From the NCBI GenBank assembly GCA_040510995.1, contig JBEVHX010000065.1, positions 1 to 40,553 on the forward strand: a stretch of 40,553 nucleotides of DNA, read 5' to 3'. A model generated the notes under the pieces. The model ran no database searches and was not told the origin of the DNA. It saw only the letters and a list, made by a program, of their open reading frames with translations. This DNA comes from Candidatus Nanopelagicales bacterium. Lineage in GTDB: Bacteria; Actinomycetota; Actinomycetes; JBEVHX01. The translations under genes were made by a program, and so were the position numbers. Of the stretch, positions 18,517-25,453 are shown piece after piece (position 1 is the stretch's first letter; each line of letters starts with the position of its first letter).

Positions 18517-19214
18517 GCGGGCGTCTCCACCGGCAGCAGCTGCGCCGCCCGGTAGCGCCCGCTCGGGTGATCGCTGTCCAACAGCTGGAGCAGCGCGGGT
18601 ACCACGGTCTCCGGTGCCGGCCGGTCGGAGATGTCCTCGCCCGGGTAGGCAAGCTGGTGCATCTCGGTGCGCATGTCTCCCGGGTCGAACGCATACACCC
18701 GGATCGCGGGCTGCTCGACGGCGAGCACGGCGGACAGCTGGTCGAGGGCCGCCTTCGCCGAGCCGTAGCCGCCCCAGCCTTCGTATGCCTCGACAGCAGC
18801 ATCCGACGACACGTTGACGACGATGCCGTGGTGCTGACGAAGCTGCGGCAGGAGCTCCTGGGCTAGCGCGAGCGGTGCGATGACGTCAACCTCGTAGACC
18901 CGTCGCAGCTCGTCGAGGTCGTAGCGTTCGAGCGGCGGCAGCGGCGACGCGCCCAGAGTGCTGGCGTTGTTCAGTAGCAAGCTGGCGCCACCCAACCCCT
19001 CGACCGCCGCCAACAGTGCGTCTCGATGCGCGGGCTCGACGACGTCTCCGGGGATGCCAACGACAGTCGTAGTGTCCACCAGCTGCCGCCGCACCTCCTC
19101 GAGCGCGCTCGCTCCCCGGGCCGTGATCACGAGAGTCCATCCGCGATCCGCCAACGCTCGTGCGACCGCACGCCCCAGACCCTTGGATGCCCCGGTGACG
19201 ACTGCTGTCTTCAT
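18513..19214 (-). CDS. SDR family NAD(P)-dependent oxidoreductase
   Basis: Cofactor motif TGASKGLGRAV and catalytic YGSAKAAL. RBS GGCAGGAG. Confidence 0.9.
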   Translation of the reverse strand: MKTAVVTGASKGLGRAVARALADRGWTLVITARGASALEEVRRQLVDTTTVVGIPGDVVEPAHRDALLAAVEGLGGASLLLNNASTLGASPLPPLERYDLDELRRVYEVDVIAPLALAQELLPQLRQHHGIVVNVSSDAAVEAYEGWGGYGSAKAALDQLSAVLAVEQPAIRVYAFDPGDMRTEMHQLAYPGEDISDRPAPETVVPALLQLLDSDHPSGRYRAAQLLPVETPA

Positions 19215-19253
19215 CGATGCTCCTGCCTCAGATTGACGATGGTTCCATGGTGT

Positions 19254-19277
19254 AAGTTGAAGTTAACTTCAGGTCAA
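19254..19277 (-). promoter_or_regulatory. SoxR-box-like operator overlapping a TTGACC -35 element, facing the SDR-queA operon
   Basis: The minus strand reads TTGACC-TGAAGTTAACTTCA-ACTTACACC. TGAAGTTAACTTCA is a perfect 14-bp palindrome whose core AAGTTAACTT equals the core of the E. coli soxS operator (CCTCAAGTTAACTTGAGG). It lies between soxR and the divergent SDR gene. Confidence 0.6.
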
Positions 19278-19294
19278 GAGAGGAACGTGGAAAC

Positions 19295-19738
19295 TTGGAG
19301 TTGCTCACCATTGGCGAGGTTGCTTCACGCAGCGGGTTCGCCCCCTCTGCGATTCGGTTCTACGAGCGCGAGGGGCTCCTCTCCGCGCTTCGATCCTCGG
19401 GCAACCAGCGGCGGTATGCGCGGGACGTGCTGCGCCGACTGGCGTTCATCCGCGCCGCCCGCAACATCGGGCTGTCGTTGGAAGAGATCACTGCCGCGCT
19501 CGCTGAGCTGCCCGGAGGCCGCACACCGACCAGAGCGGACTGGGCTCGACTCTCACGCTCGTGGCGGGGGCGCCTCAACGAGCAGATCGACGCCCTGGTC
19601 GCGCTGCGGGACGGGCTTGACTCCTGCATTGGCTGCGGCTGCCTCTCTCTGCAACGGTGCGCCGTGTCGAACACCGGTGATACCGCGGCCGCCCTGGGCC
19701 CCGGCGCCCGCTGGCTTCCCCCGGCCCTCCGGCGCTGA
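19295..19738 (+). CDS. soxR: Redox-sensitive MerR-family transcriptional activator SoxR
   Basis: MerR HTH (LTIGEVASRSGFAPSAIRFYEREGLL) plus the [2Fe-2S] cluster motif CIGCGCLSLQRC. TTG start. Confidence 0.9.
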   Translation: MELLTIGEVASRSGFAPSAIRFYEREGLLSALRSSGNQRRYARDVLRRLAFIRAARNIGLSLEEITAALAELPGGRTPTRADWARLSRSWRGRLNEQIDALVALRDGLDSCIGCGCLSLQRCAVSNTGDTAAALGPGARWLPPALRR

Positions 19739-19756
19739 CCCTCGCGAACATCAGCA

Positions 19757-19809
19757 CGCAACGATGTGCCGCCGCCTCGGTCTATTCGAAGCGGCGGCAC
19801 ATCGTTGCG
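19757..19809. terminator. Bidirectional hairpin between convergent soxR and the Rieske ferredoxin gene (perfect 19-bp stem, 15-nt loop)
   Basis: CGCAACGATGTGCCGCCGC ... GCGGCGGCACATCGTTGCG was read directly and the arms are perfectly complementary. Confidence 0.6.
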
Positions 19810-19829
19810 GCGAGCCAACAGGTCGTGAG

Positions 19830-20183
19830 CTAGGGACCCACGGCGTGCGCCCGGAGGATGTCCGCCCAGGTTCGGATCGGCGGAGGCTCGCCCACGTCGG
19901 TCACCAGCTCACCGTCCACCTCGAGCACCGGATAGGTCCGCAGCGTGAGGTCATCCGTTGTTCGGCAGCGGCCATCCCCGAGGTCGTAGGCATACCAATG
20001 CCATGGACAGACGATTGCCCCGTCGCGCACCCGACCCTCGGCCAGCGGTCCGCCGCGATGCGGGCAAGCCGCGTCGGTGACGTACACCGTCCCGTCGACG
20101 ACGTGAACGGCGAACCTGCGAACGCCGTCGGTGACCGTCCAGGCCGTTCGGCCAGCTGGCGAGCCCAACGCGACCAACGTCAT
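19830..20183 (-). CDS. Rieske [2Fe-2S] ferredoxin-type protein
   Basis: CPHRGGPL...CPWHWYAY Rieske ligands. At 117 aa it is the size of oxygenase ferredoxin components. It overlaps the upstream gene by 4 nt. Confidence 0.8.
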   Translation of the reverse strand: MTLVALGSPAGRTAWTVTDGVRRFAVHVVDGTVYVTDAACPHRGGPLAEGRVRDGAIVCPWHWYAYDLGDGRCRTTDDLTLRTYPVLEVDGELVTDVGEPPPIRTWADILRAHAVGP

Positions 20184-20953
20184 CGGCAGGCCAGCTCGAG
20201 GACACCAAGCCGGTCGATGGTGGCGACCACAACATCGCCGGCAACCACAGGGACCGCCGCCGTGAGGCCGCCCGAGAGCACGATGTCGCCGGCCTTGAGC
20301 CCTTCGCCGTCGGCGGCCAGCGACCGCACCAACCAGGCGACGGCAGCCGCCGGGTGACCAAGGGCTGCGGCGCCGGCTGCCGTCGCCACCACCTCGCCGC
20401 GATGCTCGAGCACAACGCCCACCAGACGAAGGTCCAAGCGCTCGACCGGCACCAGCGGGCCCATCACGAACCGCCCCGCCGATGTGTTGTCGGCCACGAC
20501 GTCCGGCATCGTGAACCGGTAGTCGAGGAAGCGCGAGTCGAGCACCTCGATGCCAACCGCCACCCCGCGCGTCGCGTCGAGAACCTGCGATGTCGTCACC
20601 GACGCTCCCTGAAGGTCGCGGCTCAGCACGAAGACGACCTCCGGCTCGCAGCGCGGCTGGATGTGCGCGCCGACCTCGAGGGGTTCCCCGATGTCGAGCA
20701 TGTGCTCCTCGGCGAGGAACCCGCGGATCGGCTCGTCCACGTTCACCTGCTGCTGCTTGGCGCGCGACGTGACACCGAGCTTCCAGCCGGTCTGCGGTCC
20801 GGCGTCGTCACGGAGCAGCCGCTGCACTGCATACCCCATGGCCAGGTCCATCGCCGGGTACTCGTCGCTGATCGGTGCGACCGCGCGACGGTCGAGGCGC
20901 GCCTTGGTCAGCCGATGCGCGATCTCGCTGACGTCGGTCGTTGATGCGCCCAT
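20180..20953 (-). CDS. 2-keto-4-pentenoate hydratase / 4-oxalocrotonate decarboxylase family protein (MhpD/XylJ/XylI)
   Basis: GWKLGVTS...EPEVVFVL...VADNTSAG motifs of the FAH-superfamily hydratase/decarboxylase group. Hydratase and decarboxylase cannot be told apart by eye. Confidence 0.85.
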   Translation of the reverse strand: MGASTTDVSEIAHRLTKARLDRRAVAPISDEYPAMDLAMGYAVQRLLRDDAGPQTGWKLGVTSRAKQQQVNVDEPIRGFLAEEHMLDIGEPLEVGAHIQPRCEPEVVFVLSRDLQGASVTTSQVLDATRGVAVGIEVLDSRFLDYRFTMPDVVADNTSAGRFVMGPLVPVERLDLRLVGVVLEHRGEVVATAAGAAALGHPAAAVAWLVRSLAADGEGLKAGDIVLSGGLTAAVPVVAGDVVVATIDRLGVLELACR

Positions 20954-21738
20954 CAGTCGACCACCCTCACTGTCACGGGACCCAGGCGGTCGAACTCTGC
21001 GCGAAACACGTCACCGGTGCGCATCGGCACGGCGGCGTGCAAAGCGCCGGTCATGACGAGATGTCCCGGCTGCAGCGCGATGCCGTTGCCACCGAGGACG
21101 TTGGCAAGCCAGGCGACCACGCCGACTGGGTCGCCCAGCGCCGCCGCCCCGGCTGCGGTGTCCACGAGTTCGCCGTTGCGGGTGAAGACCATGCCGAGCA
21201 GGCGGGTGTCGATGCCGGCCAACGGAACAATGCGGCTGGCGATCGCGACCGCGCCGTTGGATGCGAGGTCCGCGACTGTGTCCGCGAGCTTGATTCGCCA
21301 GTCGGCAAAGCGCGAGTCGACGATCTCCATGGATGCGGCCACGCCGGCGACTGCACGATGGGCGTCCGCAACCGTCACTCCCGGGCCGTGCAGCGCGTGC
21401 TCGAGCACGAAGACGATCTCCGCCTCGATCTTGGGTTGGATGAACACCGACATCGGCACCGCGTCACCGTCGCGGTACACGGTGGAGCCGAGAACCGGTC
21501 CGTAGTCGGGCTGGTCAACGCCGATCAGCCGCTGCATCGGCTTCGACGTCAACCCGACCTTGTACCCGATGATCGTGTCGCCGTCGTCGAGAATCAACCT
21601 GGTCAGCGCCTCCTGCACCGCATACCCGTCGTCGATCCCAAGATCAGGGTCAACATCGGTGAACGGCTGGATCGCCTGCCGGGTGCGGCGCGCCTCGAAC
21701 AGCGCGCGGGCCTTCCCTGGGACATCGGTGAGCGGCAC
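20953..21738 (-). CDS. 2-keto-4-pentenoate hydratase / 4-oxalocrotonate decarboxylase family protein (paralog)
   Basis: GYKVGLTS...EAEIVFVL...VADLASNG. TGATG overlap with the downstream paralog. Such pairs typically form the XylI/XylJ complex. Confidence 0.85.
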   Translation of the reverse strand: MPLTDVPGKARALFEARRTRQAIQPFTDVDPDLGIDDGYAVQEALTRLILDDGDTIIGYKVGLTSKPMQRLIGVDQPDYGPVLGSTVYRDGDAVPMSVFIQPKIEAEIVFVLEHALHGPGVTVADAHRAVAGVAASMEIVDSRFADWRIKLADTVADLASNGAVAIASRIVPLAGIDTRLLGMVFTRNGELVDTAAGAAALGDPVGVVAWLANVLGGNGIALQPGHLVMTGALHAAVPMRTGDVFRAEFDRLGPVTVRVVD

Positions 21739-21741
21739 GGG

Positions 21742-22584
21742 TCAACCTTCCTGCTGCCGGGTATGCGGCATGCTCTCGGGCGACCACCCCAGCCGACGCG
21801 ACACGGCTTCGCCGGCCTCACAGATCACGCCCGCCAGGCGTCGACGCTGTGCGGCGCCGAGCCGAGCCTCAGGTGCGCCGATGCTGACAGCGGCCACCAC
21901 GTGGCCGACGCGATCGCGGATCGGGGCGGCGATGGACGCCACGCCGAGCTCGCGCTCATTGACCGCAGACGCGTAGCCCAGAGTGCGCACCCGCTGGAGC
22001 TCGGCGCGCAACCGCGCGGGTTCGACGAGCGTGTGCGGTGTCAAAGCCGGCAGCGCAACATCGTCGAGCAGCTCGTCGAGCTCGTGTTTCGAGAGCGCCG
22101 CCAACAAGACCTTCCCCGAGCTCGTCGCGTGCGCAGGGACCCGCCGACCGGTCTCCGTCATGAGGCGAAGCGTGTGCGCGCTCTCCAGCCGGTCGATGTA
22201 GACGACGTCGAGTCCGTCGAGCACACCCACTTGGAAGGATTCTTGTGTGTGCTCGCGCAGTTGGGCGAGCACCGGCCCGGCCGCCGCGTGCAGGTCGAGG
22301 TGCACCTTCACCACCTCGCCGAGCTCGAACATCACGATCCCCAGGCGGTATGCGCCTGACGTCGGCACCCGCTCGATCAGACCTTCGGATGCGAGCGTCG
22401 TCAGCAGCCGGTGGACCGTGCTCTTGCCGAGGCCGAGGCGGCGGGCGAGCTCGGAGACGCCCAGCTCCTCCTCCCGCGACAGGAACTGCTTGAGGAGTCG
22501 GGCCGCGCTGCGCACCGTCGACAGGCCCTCAGATCCGGTCCGTGACCCGGACGTCGAGACGTTGCCCGAGGTAGGCACGATCAC
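21742..22584 (-). CDS. IclR family transcriptional regulator
   Basis: N-terminal wHTH (LGVSELARRLGLGKSTVHRLLTTL) and a C-terminal IclR effector domain. The GTG start overlaps the upstream stop (GTGA). Confidence 0.85.
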   Translation of the reverse strand: MIVPTSGNVSTSGSRTGSEGLSTVRSAARLLKQFLSREEELGVSELARRLGLGKSTVHRLLTTLASEGLIERVPTSGAYRLGIVMFELGEVVKVHLDLHAAAGPVLAQLREHTQESFQVGVLDGLDVVYIDRLESAHTLRLMTETGRRVPAHATSSGKVLLAALSKHELDELLDDVALPALTPHTLVEPARLRAELQRVRTLGYASAVNERELGVASIAAPIRDRVGHVVAAVSIGAPEARLGAAQRRRLAGVICEAGEAVSRRLGWSPESMPHTRQQEG

Positions 22585-23378
22585 CCCTCCCCGACGCCTC
22601 GAGTCACCTCCCCGTGATCATGCACAAAATCCGCCGGGGTCGTGGCCGAAGTTTGTGCATGATCACGGGGTGGGGTGGCCGGCGGGGTCCACTGGCGGCG
22701 GCCGCCGACGGCCTCGAGTACAGCCCGCCGAACCGCTTCCGGGTCGGGAGCCGCCGAGTCGGTCGCGAGCGACTGCACGACGGCCGACAGCGTCGCGTCC
22801 CCCGGTGCGATCAGGTGCGCGAGCATCGCGTGCGCGCGGTTCAGCCCCGCACGAGCGGCTCCAGCCATCTCGTCGACGAGGGCCTCCCGCCCACGGACCC
22901 GGCTGCGGATCGTCTCGAAGTCGCGCGCGATCGCCGAGTGCCCGTTGGCCAGGCCGGTCCCGACGTGGGTGGCGTTGTGCGCGCTCAGACCGGCCCCCGG
23001 CTCGGCCACGAAGTGGTAGAGCACCGTGCGCACGCCGAGTTGGTGACGGATCTCCTCGAAGGCCGGCTCGGCAGTCTCGTCGACCAGCGAGAGGCCGGGC
23101 AGCACGACCGTGTCGTAGAAGCGAAGCCCCCACCGCAGCCCGGGGAGCTCGTCGGACTCTTCGACTTCCTCCCCCTGCAGCGGCCCGAGCTTCTCGTCGG
23201 TGGCCAGGATGTGCAGGTTCCGGGCGCCCACCGCGGCGACCATCAACGGCGACGCTGCGAGCAGCGGCATGGCACCTCGGGTGGCGGGCGGGAAGGTCCG
23301 TGCCTGGTCCACGTAGGCACGGTGGATCTCGCGGACGTAGGCCGCGACCCCGGCCCGCATCTCCTCCGGTGAGGGCAT
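22581..23378 (-). CDS. Hypothetical protein (265 aa), first gene of the IclR-hydratase-ferredoxin operon
   Basis: Long ORF with protein-like composition, and its stop overlaps the IclR start. I do not recognise the family. Confidence 0.55.
   Translation of the reverse strand: MPSPEEMRAGVAAYVREIHRAYVDQARTFPPATRGAMPLLAASPLMVAAVGARNLHILATDEKLGPLQGEEVEESDELPGLRWGLRFYDTVVLPGLSLVDETAEPAFEEIRHQLGVRTVLYHFVAEPGAGLSAHNATHVGTGLANGHSAIARDFETIRSRVRGREALVDEMAGAARAGLNRAHAMLAHLIAPGDATLSAVVQSLATDSAAPDPEAVRRAVLEAVGGRRQWTPPATPPRDHAQTSATTPADFVHDHGEVTRGVGEG
22610..22670. repeat. Perfect 19-bp inverted repeat (CCCCGTGATCATGCACAAA / TTTGTGCATGATCACGGGG) with a 23-nt spacer
   Basis: Read directly from the sequence. 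It lies inside the last 30 codons of the hypothetical gene and 26 nt upstream of the IclR start. Confidence 0.9.
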
Positions 23379-23507
23379 CCGCGGATCACCTCCGACTGCC
23401 GCGGGCGAGCGTTCTTACATATGGAACGGGATCCCTTTATCTGGAACCGTAGGAGGGCTAACGTCGATGAGTCAAGAGCTCCACCAGCACCCGAGGGAGC
23501 ACCCGTC

Positions 23508-24419
23508 ATGGGAGTACTCCGGCTGGCTCATGTTGACGTCCGCACGACGGACATCGAACTGTCCACGGCCTACTACACCGAGGTGATGGGGCTCAACGTG
23601 TCCCACCGCGACGAGGACACGGTCTACCTCAAGTGCTGGGACGAAGAGGACCACCACTCGCTGCGGTTGCGCTATGACAACCGGACTGGACTCGATTTGT
23701 TCAGCTTCCGGGTGGAGGCCGAGGACGACCTGGCCGACCTGGAGCGGTCGGTGGAGGCATACGGCGCGCACGTGCAGCGGATCAGCAAGGGAGAGGCGCT
23801 CGGCCAGGGCGAGTCGATTCGCTTCGAGATCCCCAGTGGCCAGGTCATGGAGCTGGTGTGGGACCTGGAGAAGACCGGCAACCTGCTCGGCAAGCACAAC
23901 CCGTCACCGGTGCCGCCGATGGACCTGCCCGGCATCGCTCCGCCACGCATCGACCATCTCCTGATCAACGCCGAGGAGGTCGGGGAGGCGTATGCGTTTA
24001 TGCGGGACGCGCTCGGCTTCCGGCTGACCGAGCAGGTGCTCGACGCCAACGGACACCAGCTGGGGGTGTGGCTGGAGCGGTCACACTCGCCGCACGACGT
24101 GGCGATCGTGAACGGCCCCAACGGCGCGCTGCACCACTGGGCCTACTGGCTCGACGACTGGGACCAGGTCCGGAAGGCGGCCGACATCCTGGCCTTCAAC
24201 GGCGTCCAGATCGACCAGGGCCCGACCCGGCACGGCGTGACCAGGGGCAACACCATCTACTTCTTCGACCCGCTCGGGATTCGCAACGAGGTGTTCACCG
24301 GCGGCTACCGGCCGGACCCGGACTTCCCCAGCATCACCTGGACTGAGGACCAGTTCGGGCGCGGCCTCTTCTACTACGAGAACGTCGTCAGCCAGCGCTT
24401 CTTGCGCTTCCACACGTAA
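23508..24419 (+). CDS. Catechol 2,3-dioxygenase (type I extradiol dioxygenase, VOC superfamily), copy 1
   Basis: MGVLRLAHVDVRTTD..., HLLINAEEV, PHDVAIVNGPNGALHHWAYW, TRHGVTRGNTIYFFDPLGIRNEVF. ATG at 23508 follows the RBS GAGGGAG. Confidence 0.9.
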   Translation: MGVLRLAHVDVRTTDIELSTAYYTEVMGLNVSHRDEDTVYLKCWDEEDHHSLRLRYDNRTGLDLFSFRVEAEDDLADLERSVEAYGAHVQRISKGEALGQGESIRFEIPSGQVMELVWDLEKTGNLLGKHNPSPVPPMDLPGIAPPRIDHLLINAEEVGEAYAFMRDALGFRLTEQVLDANGHQLGVWLERSHSPHDVAIVNGPNGALHHWAYWLDDWDQVRKAADILAFNGVQIDQGPTRHGVTRGNTIYFFDPLGIRNEVFTGGYRPDPDFPSITWTEDQFGRGLFYYENVVSQRFLRFHT

Positions 24420-24465
24420 GCGGCGCACACATGAAGGCACAGTCACACGTGAGGCAGGCGAGCCT

Positions 24466-25383
24466 ATGAGCGACCGAATCCTGCGGCTGCAGCACGTCGA
24501 GGTCCGGGTTCCCGACCTCGAGCTGTGTACGGCGTACTACACCGAGGTTGTCGGGCTCCTCGAGGTCGCGCACGAAGAGGGCCGCGTCTTCCTCAAGTGC
24601 TGGGACGAGCACGAGCACCACTCGGTGGTCCTGCGGCAGGCACCCACGTACGGGCTCGATCACATGTCGTTCAAGGTGGCCAACGCTGCTGACCTCGACC
24701 ACTACACGGAGCGGGTGGAGGCGGCCGGCATCCCGGTCAAGCGCTATGCGGCCGGGGAGCTCGGCCCTGGGTGGGGCGATGCGATCCGCTTCGAGGTCCC
24801 GAGCGGGCACCTGGTTGAGCTCGTGCACGGGATGCAGAAGGTCGGCAACCTGTTGCCGCTGACCAACCCGCCGCCCAGGCCGGCCGGACTTGTTGGCATC
24901 GCTCCGCCGCGACTCGACCACGTCTTCGTCACTGCCGAGGACGTCGAGGCCAGCACGGCGTTCTTCCGTGATGTGCTCGACTTCAGGCTCACCGAGCAGA
25001 TCCTCGCCAACGACGGCCACCAGCTGCTGACCTTCCTCGAGCGCTCGCACACCCCGCACGACATCGCCTTCGTGACCGGCCCGAACGGTGGGCTGCACCA
25101 CTTCGCGTTCTGGCTCGACGACTGGAACGCGGTGCGCGAGGCCGCCGACCACCTCGCATACAACGGGGTGACGATCGAAGTCGCGCCCACTCGGCACGGC
25201 GCGACCCGCGGTTACACGCTGTACTTCTTCGACCCGGTCGGGAACCGCAACGAGGTCTTCACCGGCGGCTACTGGGTCGACCCGGACTTCGAGCCAATCA
25301 CCTGGACCGAGGAAGAGATGGGTCGGGCGATCTTCTACTACGCCCGCGAGGTCAACGAGCGCTTCTTCACGGTGCATTCGTGA
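24466..25383 (+). CDS. Catechol 2,3-dioxygenase (type I extradiol dioxygenase), copy 2
   Basis: Collinear paralog of copy 1 (LQHVEVRVPD, HVFVTAEDV, PHDIAFVTGPNGGLHHFAFW, TRHGATRGYTLYFFDPVGNRNEVF). Confidence 0.9.
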   Translation: MSDRILRLQHVEVRVPDLELCTAYYTEVVGLLEVAHEEGRVFLKCWDEHEHHSVVLRQAPTYGLDHMSFKVANAADLDHYTERVEAAGIPVKRYAAGELGPGWGDAIRFEVPSGHLVELVHGMQKVGNLLPLTNPPPRPAGLVGIAPPRLDHVFVTAEDVEASTAFFRDVLDFRLTEQILANDGHQLLTFLERSHTPHDIAFVTGPNGGLHHFAFWLDDWNAVREAADHLAYNGVTIEVAPTRHGATRGYTLYFFDPVGNRNEVFTGGYWVDPDFEPITWTEEEMGRAIFYYAREVNERFFTVHS

Positions 25384-25400
25384 CCGCCCCCCATGCGCCC

Positions 25401-25453
25401 ATGTTGACGTTCGCGCCCGATGTCGGCGTGACATCGGGTGCGAACGTCAACAT
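25401..25453 (+). terminator. Very long stem-loop (24-bp stem including one G-U pair, 5-nt loop) between dioxygenase copy 2 and the phosphatase gene
   Basis: ATGTTGACGTTCGCGCCCGATGTC-GGCGT-GACATCGGGTGCGAACGTCAACAT was read directly. No T-tract follows, so it may act as an attenuator, mRNA stabiliser or processing site. Confidence 0.5.

Noticed and set aside
19026-22359. Long plus-strand ORFs 19026..20357 (443 aa) and 20941..22359 (472 aa)
   Set aside because: They are antisense to the Rieske ferredoxin, hydratase/decarboxylase and IclR genes, which have clear family motifs. These ORFs have no motifs and biased composition.
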